Below are positions 36,601 to 48,600 of a stretch of 64,000 nucleotides of DNA, in pieces. Position numbers and translations under genes: made by a program. Within the stretch, counting starts at the first letter, position 1, and every line of letters starts with the position of its first letter. The notes beneath the pieces were generated by a model. The model saw nothing but the letters and a program-made list of their open reading frames with translations. It searched no databases and was not told the origin of the DNA. The stretch is from positions 45,634,001-45,698,000 of the forward strand of contig OZ076409.1 of the NCBI GenBank assembly GCA_964187785.1. Direction: 5' to 3'. Source of the stretch: Amphiscolops sp. MND2022 (taxonomy: Eukaryota).

Positions 36601-39600
36601 CGATCTCTGAACTCACCTTCATTGCGCCTTTATCTCAAAAAATTTATGAAAGTCAACGATGATGTCAGGCCTTTTTGACTTTAAACAAATCGTTCTGAAA
36701 CCACAGCTTCAAGCAGATTTCTGCTTGACGACTTGGCTCGATGATATGGTACCATAGCTTGCTATCTGAAGAACTATTTTGAAAAGCAGAACCGGAGAAA
36801 ATGAGCTTTCCTCTTCTTGTCCTTCGAATGTAAAAGAAAGAAGTGTCTTCGCAGAGCACTTTATTTTAATCAGATCAGATGTTAAAAGAAGCATTTAGGC
36901 TGCGAAATGTAAAGCAGATGCTTTCTTGTGGGCTGTACATCAATGACCTGAGTCTGCACGACACCACAAGGGCAGCTGTACTTGCCGGGTCTCAGCAGTC
37001 GAACCAGACGGCGGCAGAGCTCAGAAAAGTAAGTCTAACACTCGTGAATTACCACCAGAAACAACTTTCACATCTGAAGATTGAAAAAATGGCCTAAGTG
37101 GTTATTAAAATCTCAATTACAAAGCTACGAAAGGTGGATGTATTTCCTTTATTGTCCAAAACTCCGAATAACTCACGTATTGTCACAAAAAAGTTCAAAG
37201 AAACTCACTAAATTGAAAAAATGAATGCATTATAGCTCAGCCATATTCTAAAACATATTTACTATTAAAACCTTCGATTACAGTCGTTCTGAAATTCAAA
37301 AGGCTAATTTTGCACCGCTTCATATGTTTTTGAAGAGACTAGTTTTACAGAATATGCGTTTTGTCTGTAACTAAACTGATTAAAGAATAAGAAAGCATTT
37401 ATCATTATTGCTTTCCGGGATCTAGTTCCAGACTCTTCTGGGATTTAAACGTTATCACTTCCACCAATTTATTCAAAAACTAAACCTTTCTTGAACTTAA
37501 ACTGTGGAGCTTCGATTTGATTTTTGAAGCCTTGGTTAAGAGCTTTTCTTGTTTGTTAAATATAGCAGTGTTGTGATGTTTTCAGGTAAAATCGCATGCA
37601 TCAACTCTGCAGGAGAGTCTGAAGAAGCTGGAGTCGGAGATGACCCGCACGTCCAAGTTCTTGCAAGAGATGATGCCCAAGAGCATAAGTGACCGGATGC
37701 GCAATGGCGAGCACGTCTTGTCACTCACTGAGGTAACCCAGCACAAACTAAATTACAAATCTGTCTTCAACATGTAACAATTATGCATTGTTTTAATTCG
37801 AGAAATTATCAGGGTTTGAAGGTAGAGTTTCTACTACAATTGTGTACCAGAATTAGGTTATCTTCATTCAATTTCAACGCTTCATGCTTCATAAACGCCT
37901 TTTTCAGCAAAATTCGGTTTACTGAATATGTTCAAATTTTGGATAAACTTTTTTTGGTAACCTTCCCGGAAATTCATAGCTAACTCATCAATGATGTGTT
38001 TCCAATTGTCCATGCAAGAATTTTGAAAGGTTTTGTACATCAAACGAAAAAACACGACACTCTCAATGGTTGTTGCTCACATCATAATTCGTTGCGTTTC
38101 CGAGGTTGTGTCATTCCAATTCTTTCTATCCTTCACAATAGGGTTGATTAATTGGTGGATCAATTGTAACTTTCTGCGTCAAAAGATCACCGACAAGGTT
38201 CATAATTAGCTGTTTGAATAAAAGAAAAATTACCAATACTAGTAGCTCGGCTTCCTTCATGAAACCCATATGATTATTGTAGAGGAGAGTGCTCCGATCA
38301 GTCTAGACAGTGTTACTAAACACCTGTCACGAACTTTAAAGGACACTAGTTTGTACTATTCAGTGATGCTAACTTTTAGTTCGAATACAGTTAATCTATA
38401 CATTGTATCGTTACTTCTTAATTCTAACTTGAGCATCCAACCTTAATCTCTTATCGAGTCTATAACATGGCGCAGTCATAGAAGAAAGAACCAGAAGAAG
38501 AATCAATGGAAAACACCAGTGGATCCGACCCAACAGCGGTCAATCAAACGACAGTCGAGAGGACTGAGAAAAACAAATACAAAATTCCAATCCTATCAGA
38601 TAGAGAAACCGATCTATCGAAAGCAAACCCCAAGATGTGGTGGGAACAAATATCAGAATACATAGACCTAACATACCAAAAGAAACTGGAAGAATTATTA
38701 GAAAACGGAACCGACTCCATCGATCCACATACAACATACCACATCAAAGGCGATGTCATATGGGCTCTGGGCCCGAAGGCAAAACACGAGATCATGAGGG
38801 GCCAATGGGGAAAAGAGCTCAAGGACATCAGTCTACAAGAACTGCTGAAACTGTTCAAAAAGACCTTCCTACCCGCAAGAAACATATTTCATAGCCGGGC
38901 CCAATTTTTTAACATTAAACAAGAAGAGGGCGAAACACTGGACGAGTACTGGAAGAAATTAGTAGACATAGAGAGAAAGTGCGAATTCGGTAACATCACA
39001 CCCGAAGACATAATTACCTACAAATTTGCAGCATCCATAAATGACAAAAAAGCCCGTGATAAATTCATCAAAGGCCCCCTGAAACTGCAACTGGTATTGG
39101 AGACGATCGAACTAGACAACTACAATCGCAAATACGGGGACAAGCCATCACATTCCAAGAGACAACGAAAGAATTCTTCAGAAAATACATCCGAAGACGA
39201 ACAAGTCGGATACACCAAACCGGCAGCGAAACGAAAAAACACATTCACCGGTAAGAAGAAAAATTCAGAACAAAATTGTCACTTTTGCGGAAAGTCAAAC
39301 TGGACACCCGAGCACATTTGCCCGGCACGGAAAGCTAAATGCAATAACTGCAGGAAATCCGGACACTTTGCCAGGGTTTGCCGATCAAAGACCGTGAATT
39401 TGGTACACGAAGAAGAAACGGACGGCAGCACGGAATCATGGCCAGAAATCGACCATATTCAATCCGTGAACGGAATAAACCGCGTAGATTTCTACAAAGC
39501 AATCCTATTGGTGGAGGGGCAGCCAATAGAATTTGTCATTGATACCGGCTCACCCGTGACGATAATTCCACCGATTATTAATCCAAAAGGGATTAAACAA

Positions 39601-42600
39601 ACCACAAAATGCTTCGTAGACGTAAATAAAAATCCCATCAAATTTAGAGGCGAGGCGATGGTTGAGGTCAAGACCGAGAAAACACAAGTGACACTGCCCA
39701 TACTAATTACGGAGAAGAAGAATACACAACCCTTACTGGGATTGGACTGGCTCGACAAACTGGAAATTGGGTTACAGGGGAGCCGAGAAACAAATATCAT
39801 CAGAAACATATCCACAAACGGTAAAGGTGAGAGAATCTTTGAAGATTTCGGAAAGCTTTTCAAAACAAACCACACGATAAAAGATCTAACTATAGAAATT
39901 CAATTGAAAAAAGACGCAAAACCGATACAACAAAAGGGAAGACCGGTGCCAATACACTTTCAAAAAATAGTGAAAAATGAACTAGATAAACTCATCGAAA
40001 AGGGGCACCTAGAAAAAGCAGACAAGACAACTGAAAATTGTTTCGTTTCACCGGCGGTTATAACAATTAAAAAAGATAAATCAGTGAAAATCGCGTTAGA
40101 CTCCCGGAAATTGAACGAATCGTGTATAAAACGAAAAGCAACCATGCCCAACATGGAGGAATTAATCAGTCAAATTTCCGCGAAAATCACACAAAGCGAC
40201 GGCGAAATTTGGATGTCCAAAATCGATTTAGATTATGCGTACGGACAAGCCAAGTTATCCGCCGAAGCGTCGAGACACTGCGTATTCTCCATCATTGGTG
40301 GAGAATTCACCGGACACTACCGGTTCAAGAAAGGTTTTTATGGACTCGCGGACATTCCAACGGTGTTTCAAGAGCACATAGATAAGGTCTTAGAGTTTAA
40401 GACACCGGTATGGTTAGATGACATCATTTGCGTCACAAACGGAACAATAGAAGAACATGAACGGGAATTGCGCGAAGTGTTAACAAAACTACAAGAAGCC
40501 GGCTACCGAGCGAGCGAAAGAAAAACAGAACTGTTCAAAAAAGAGCTAACCTGGTTGGGATACTTGATAAATCAGAACGGAGTAAAACCAATCCAGGATA
40601 AAACTGATGCGATAACAAAATTAAAAGCTCCCACGAACACAAAAGAATTGAAATCATTCCTTGGCTCAATACAACATCTGTCAAAATTTTTAAACAACTT
40701 GTCGAAAAAGACCGATCGAATGCGAAAACTACTCAAGAAAGACGTAAAATGGGAATGGACAAAAAAGATAAATGACGATTTCGAACAGCTAAAGAAAGAA
40801 ATAACTGAAGCACCGTGTCTAGCACATTTTGATCCGAAGAAGGACAATTTTATAACAACAGACGCTTGTAACACCGGACTAGGGGCAACCCTATGGCAAA
40901 AAGAAAACGGGGCGTTTAGACCGGTCGCGTTTGCAAGTCGATTCCTCACCGACTGTGAGAGAAAATACGCCATAAATGAGCTAGAATTACTAGGCGTACT
41001 CTGGGGCCTCGAGTACTTCCGATATTACGTATACGGCAAACGGATAAACCTCTTGACCGATCACCAAGCACTACAACCATTATTGAAACGAAATAGAGCG
41101 CATAAACAATACAGCGCAAGACTTACTAGATGGTTAGACCGACTAAGCCATTTCGACGTGAATGTGCAGTATACAGCCGGTAAAAACATCCCATTAACGG
41201 ATTATCTGAGCCGACATCCAATCGTCAACGAACTCGGAACGGAAGAACTTAACGCAAACGAAGAAAAAGAAGCCGAAGAGGAGTTCGTAATCAATCAGAT
41301 ATACGGCTTATTTGAGTTTAACCGAACGAACGGCAGTATTACGCAATACATCAAACGACCACACTCGGCAACGAATTCCGGCCAATCACAATGCCGCGCG
41401 CGAACACGTGAACAGAACAGCCGCGAACGGTCAGATCAAACTTTCTCATCGTCAGATAACACCGAATTAATTGACAATTCAAAACACTTATCCAAATTAA
41501 CTGAAATGTCTAAATTGGAAAAAGTTAATGGAATTGATTTACAATTCATCTTCAAAAAACGCGGACATTCCCCGGAAACCGGCAGACTGAGGACGGAGAG
41601 GCTAAAATTATTGCAGCCAAATAAAACCCGGATTGTAGGCAAAGGTAGCGAGAACGAACGAATCCAGGACTACCGCCCGACGCAACAAGAGAGAAAAGAA
41701 ATCGAGAGGATAAATATCCTGATATACAATCGATTTTTCAATTACTGTGAAACCATCGGGACAACACCACTGAAGGAGTTTAACGAAAATGTGCACGAGT
41801 CCTGGATCAGCAACCCCTCAGACAACGAGAGCCACGTTAGCCATATGAAAACCGAGAAATGCCCAATCAGTGTCCTGAAAAAGTTCAAAAGACACGAAAG
41901 TGTAAACTTGATCCGGCTGAAACAGACCGCAAAATTAAATACACTACCCGAAGACAGGAACCAAAAGACAGCCGAAACAATTCGGAGAGCAGAAAAGGAC
42001 TTCGCATTAGATTTGCCACTGCTGGTGGAAGAGACGGCACAAGATACGAAGATATTGGACGCCATAATTGCACTGGAAGCCGGCAGAGCGGAAGATCTAT
42101 TCTATCCTTACCGCCCCCACCGAGAGCACTTAGGGACACGATTCGGGCTGCTCTTCTACAACGATCGAATCGTTATTCCGGAGACAATGCGCTCAACAAT
42201 CATAGCGATGCTACACAGCGGCCACGTGTCCGTCACAAAGATGGACAAATCAGCAGAGGCGTTCTGGTGGCCCGGACTACACCGTGAAATCAGAGAAAAG
42301 GCGGAGACCTGCCCAAGTTGCCGAACAGCAGGTAAGAATCTAAAAACACAAATTCCGCAAACGGAGGTAAATAGACTCGAAATTTTAACCGAACCGGGCC
42401 AGGAAATCCAACTAGATTTTGCGGGTCCGATAAAATCGAAATCACGCGGAGACGTTTACATTTTAGTCGCGGTCGACCGTTTTAGCAAATGGCCGACGGC
42501 CCAAATTTGTAAGAGAACGGACTCTCGGACCGTAATAAAGTTTTTAACAAAATATTGTGCCGACAACGGAACACCGAGAACAATACGTACCGATAACGGC

Positions 42601-45600
42601 AGTTGTTTCAAAAGCCAAGAGTTTAAAATTTACTGTAAAGGCGAAAATATAAAAAGGATACGCAGTACTCCAAATTTACACACAGGAACCGGATTGGTTG
42701 AAAGAACCATACGCACAATCAAATCACTGACCAGAGCCAACTTGGAAGACGGCTTAACTTTTGAAGAAAGCGTCACAAGAGCAATTAAAACAATTAGACA
42801 AACCGTGCATAGCACACTTAAAATGACGCCTTTCCAATTACATTACGGCCGTAAACCGCGCACACCAATAACAAATCTAATTGGACAGCCCACCTGCCTA
42901 TTAACTGACTGGAAGAAAACACTAACTAACTACATTTTAGCCCAACCCGCAGAATTACAAGTCTACACCATACAAGACTCAGATGGGGAACTGGCCGACT
43001 ATCTGGTCCTGAACGAGTCGAGGAAGAGGGGTAGATCGGTAAGCGGTGATTTTAAAAACTATAAATTTTTTGAAAAAGAAACCAAGCCAAATGCAATGAA
43101 ATGCCGGTTCAAAACCGATAAAATTTTAACCGCAGCCAAAGAAACTAAACACACCATAACAACAACTGAGGGAAAACTAATTCATAAGAAATTGGCATCT
43201 AAACCCCTAAAATTTCAGCCATCAAAGAAGCCAGATGAAACACGAAAACCAACAACGAGATGCAAAAGGTGCGGCCGCTTCAGCAATGGAGACCTATGTG
43301 ACACCCACAAACGGCTGTACCACAAACAAGATGACCAGAAAAAGGCAACATCGGCCATGACTTTCCCAACAATGCCGGCTGAACAACCAAAGATAATACC
43401 AGACATCACCACGATATCAACCGACAGCCAGTCAGACCATACCGAGGAGTTACCGTCCACGGCAAATATCGATCCCGAGCTGACCGTAACCGCGGACATA
43501 AGGTATGCCAACGGACAGCCGGAGGAACAAAAGGCCACGGATACCCCTGCAATTTCTTCGCCGATCGGTTGCAGCACCGAACGAGCCCCGAAACGAAAAA
43601 CAGCAGGACGTGACGGTACCCCCACCGGATCTCCCAACAAAACAAACAGCCCAGCCAAGAGAGGTTTAGTAGATTTTGGCTTAGAAAGGGGGGAAAATAT
43701 AGAGAACATAGAGGGAGATAGGGGGATACGTAGATCAAATAGAATTAAAACAGCTAAGAGGGTCGTAAAAATGGGCGGGATCGAATACTTTTAACAAACT
43801 TAAAATAATTCCAGATCCAAAGCAACAACAGCAGAAAAAAGTGATCCACTTTACTCGGAACAGCCCACAACCATCCGACACCCCGAAGCCTGATGGACAG
43901 AAGAAAACCCTAAAACCCGAGGAGGGGGGAGTGTAGAGGAGAGTGCTCCGATCAGTCTAGACAGTGTTACTAAACACCTGTCACGAACTTTAAAGGACAC
44001 TAGTTTGTACTATTCAGTGATGCTAACTTTTAGTTCGAATACAGTTAATCTATACATTGTATCGTTACTTCTTAATTCTAACTTGAGCATCCAACGTTAA
44101 TCTCTTATCGAGTCTATAACAATTATTCATTTTCCGTGTTGTCTTTTCACATCCTCACTGAGTATTACAGAGCTAGCAAGAATCATCGATAAAATTCGTT
44201 TACTAGTGAAGCTCAAATTATTTAGTCTGAGCAAATTAGCCATAAAACTTAACACATAACTTCCGAAATTTCACCAAGGAAAACGTATTTTGTTAAAAGT
44301 TTTTGTGAAGTATGACTCCAGTTATAGGTTGTCAAGTATGTGCCACAGAAACTACCTTTCGTGAATTTGCTCGTTTCAGCAACATCCGACGGTGACAATT
44401 CTGTTTGCGAGCATCGTGAATTTCCCAAGCTACGTAAACGAATCGAAGCCTATGAATGTGATCAAACTGCTCAATTTGGCATTTTCTGTCTACGACCAGC
44501 TCGTTAAGTCTCACAATGCTTACAAAGTAACTTTTGTTTGATTGACTTATTTTTCCTTGCTTTACAGCAACTATAACACAAATTTATAATCGTGGCAAAG
44601 CTAATCCTCCCTCCCTCGAAAAAAATTGTCATGGCTTTGAGAGGATCAAGGGAAGGCTCGTATTCAGATGAAAACGTAGAGATCTGTCCGGAACCCAACA
44701 TACTTTATGCTATTGATTGCACTGTGAAACCGGTACACGAAAGAAAACGAAAAACATGGTATTTTTTTTAACAAACCTACTGGAGGACAAACCTATGTCT
44801 GCAGACTGCATAGAGAAAAGATAACGGTAATCAAGACGAATCATGTTGTAACAGGTGGAAACAGTGGGTGACACCTACATGGTGGCATGTGGAGCCCCCG
44901 AGCCATTTGAGAACCATGCAGAGGAAGCAGCTGACTTGGCACTGCACATGTTGCATGTGGCCAACTTCATAATCCCCCCAGACCATGAGTCACCCATCGA
45001 AGTAAAAATAGGTGAATGAAATTTGATACACAGGTTTCACCGATATCGGCAATCGATAACAAACTCATCTCTCTATTTGCAGCTAGAATTATCTTTTCGC
45101 CTTCGGCGCATATTGTTTGGTATTTGCTAAAAAAGAACTTTGGTGAGCATTTGGAGGTGTGAAAAAAATAAGACTTCTTAAACACGAGTCTTTAGAAAAC
45201 ACATGCTTTTTGCACAACAATGTAAATTTTAAACGTATAAGAGACAGCCATTAGATTTCTACCATTGTGATTTTGCAAGAACATCTTTAGAGGAAAAACT
45301 TATGCGCGAGCTAGTTGAGTTATTGTCGACTTTATAAATCAGAAATTAGGTTTGTTATGATCATTTCATGTCAGGGTTCCACACTGGACGAGCTTCTACT
45401 GGTGTGATTGGCATGCGATGTCCACGATTCTGCTTCTTCGGGGATACAGTCAATACAGCGTCCAGAATGTGCTCCAATTCAACGGTCAGTAGCAGTAAAC
45501 TTACAATAACAAACAAAACCAATTAGCACAGTTGAACTAACTTTTCAAACTACAGTATCAGCTTCGATTATATCTGCTTTGAAGATCATCAGCTGAAGTA

Positions 45601-48600
45601 TAGTGTAAATTCAAGATCAATCAAAGAGCTCTTCAAGTCTGCAATCACTTGAGAAAATATATTTAGAAAAGAACAATGCCGTGGATTCTGGAAGGGATCG
45701 AAACTTTGACCAAGAATTTCCCGTACTTTAATTCAGTATAAGCACCGAAAAAGAACCCTCGGAACTAAACCTTAAGAATTGTTGAATTAATCACTATTTT
45801 ATTTGAATACAAAAGCTAGATGACAGCGTGAAAAACGTTGGTCTCCTAAGCTTGCCTGTATTTGTTAGAAAAGTTGCATAATCTTTCTTCACCGCTAGAG
45901 AAAATGGACCTAGCTAATGAAACAAAAAGCATTGATTCAATTTTACTGGAGTTGCAATATTATTTCCAAAACACAGTTATGGATTCGGAACACAGAATTA
46001 GAAAAACATATCTACTCATCAAAATATTCAAGTTTGTTGAAAACTTACCAACTTAAGACGATAATGTATCAATTTCGGAACAAGTATGTTTCTTCATCGA
46101 ACAATTTCTTGGATACAAAACATTTCCGGAGAGATTCAAGGCGTGTCATTATCTGGGATGGCAAAAAAGGAAAACCAGCGCCCCTAATTGTCAAGTTCTT
46201 CTATTTCTAAGAAAAGAAGGAGATCAGAAAAGAAGATCTATGGTCAAACTGAAGACTTGCAAAGCAAAAATCCAATTATTTCGCAAAAAAATCGACCTAC
46301 GAGAACGTCTTCCTGCGCATCAAAAAGAAATTTTAGACCATACATTGAAACACAATTTGATTATGACACCCAACGATTGTAGAGTGAATGCTTTTTGAAC
46401 ACATACTGCTGACAATTCGTCAATATCGTTGCTGTAAACTCGAAAAATGACTTTGATGAGAGTAAAAATGAGAAGCTGTGAAGACAAAACCGAAAAAGTC
46501 AATCGCATTCACTGGGTGGTCGTTCAATACAACACCTGACACAAAAAAAATTGACTGACGGCAAATTTCGAGCATTCCTCGAGCGAATCGCCAGGCCAAT
46601 ATGGAATAGAAGTACTCAAAAATATCTGTAAGGGTTCAAAACTGACAACGAAAAGAATTCGACTAAAGAATCGAACAAGACGCCCGCTGAGCAGCGAGAT
46701 ATTTTCCGCCCCAAACTGTTCTGCAACTACATAAATTTGAGGCTCAAGAATAGCCAATGCACTATGAAAAAAAGTTCGAAGAAAAAAGCTTTGATTCATC
46801 TTAGTCCATTTTTAAAGCCAACACCTATTTTATTAGTCGGCGCTTCATGAAGTGAAACGCGACTATTATAGTGGCTTTTCTTTTTTTAGTCGGCGCTTCA
46901 TGAAGTGAAACGCGACTATTATAGTGACTCTTTTTTTTCTATCCACACGAACTGACCAAAATAGTTCTTAAAAGTTCTACAAAATATTATGGTGTCAAAT
47001 TGCACCATTTGGCCTAGCAAACTGGACCAAAATGGATTTACCTGTTTTTCGGCAATTTTCTTCCTCAAAGGGTCCCCCCTCCCTGCATTTTTTTGATGTT
47101 TTGCGACAGAATGGATGTTGGAAAATCCCAAAGGATTCCTCCTTTCAGTTTTTTCGGCATTGTGAGATTTTTTCCCGAAAATAAAAAAAATTTCTTCTAT
47201 TTTTTCATGTTTTGCGACAGAATGGATGTTGAAAAACCTCAAAGGCTCCCCCTTTCAGTTTTTCGGCATTGTGAGACGTTAGCGCGCCAGGGGCTCGCGC
47301 TAGCGGGCCCCAGCGCGTTCCTCGGTCCATTTTTTTAGTATGTAATTTTTTCAAAAAAAAATCGAAAAATTTTCGATTTTCGAGTACTGTAAAAGAATAC
47401 TTGACACTTGGAAGTCTTTTTGCTATTTTTGAGTCTTGGATATGGCGCCGACTTGGGCTGGTCCCGGCTTGTTTTCAATCCACACGAACTGACCAAAATA
47501 GTTCTTAAAAGTAAGTTCTACAAAATATTATTGCACCAAATTGCACCATTTGGCCTAGCGAACTGAACCAAAAAGGTTTTTCTTGTTTTCCCGCGTAGCA
47601 TACCATACCGGGCGAGCATAATTGCACCAAATTGCACCATTTGGCCTAGCGAACTGAACCAAAAAGGTTTTTCTTGTTTTCCCGCGTAGCATACCATGCC
47701 GGGCGAGACCCCCTTTCAATTTTTTTCTGCACTGCGACTTTTTTCGGAATTTTTTTTCCCAAAGGGTCCCGCTTCAATTTTTTTTGCTGTTTCGCGACAG
47801 AATAGATGTTGAAAAATCCCAAAGGGTCCCCCTTTCAGTTTTTTTCGGCATCGTGAGATTTTTTTCCGAGAATAAAAATTTTTCCCCCTCCATTTTTTGA
47901 TGTTTTGAGACAGAATGGATGTTGAAAAACCCCAAAGGGTCCCCCTTTCAGTTTTTCGGCATTGTGAGACTTTTTTTCTAAAATTTTTTTCTCTTTAGCG
48001 CGCCACTCGGTCCATTTTTTTGGCTTTTCGATTTTCCAGTACTGTAAATTGACACTTGGAAGTCCTTCTGCTATTTTTGAACCTTGGATATGACGCCGAG
48101 TTAGGCCGGTCCCGGCTCGACTTTTCTGCAATAGCTGCCCACTTCTTGTATTTTCGGCACTATGCGACTTACCGCGTAAAGAGAAACTTTTCGAAGACAA
48201 TTTCCGAAAAACATTTTTCACAAATTTTAGTTTTTGAGGTTTTCTGTAAAGGAAATAAGTTTCCCGAGTCTAGGGGGTGACCTCTTTGTTACTTTTGATA
48301 CTTTGGAACTGATGAGTTTTCTTGATTATTGTGGAAAATGCCTCTCTTCATTTTTGTTTTTGGGTCATTTCCAGCTTTTTTCTTTCTACGTGGGAAACTG
48401 CAAAAACATTTTCCCTTTGAAGTTTTACTCCATATCTAGTGATTTTACTTGCAGCTTTTTGAATAACGATTATTTCACAAAAAAAAGTCGAAAAAGAATT
48501 TTACGTTTTCAAATAAAGTTTCTGAAAATTGTGCACAAAAACTTGTCTGATATCTTTCCGAAACACTACCGGCAGCTACACGTTTCAGTCCTGAGCCTAT

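Noticed and set aside
38540..43738. Short overlapping or antisense ORFs within element 3 gag-pol
   Set aside because: Shadow ORFs of the long coding frame.
45600..46800. Fragmentary coding-like ORFs in sGC intron 10
   Set aside because: No recognisable motif; probably an old decayed TE that I cannot classify by eye.
47531..47709. Tandem duplication of about 90 bp
   Set aside because: An ordinary internal duplication within a HINE-like copy.
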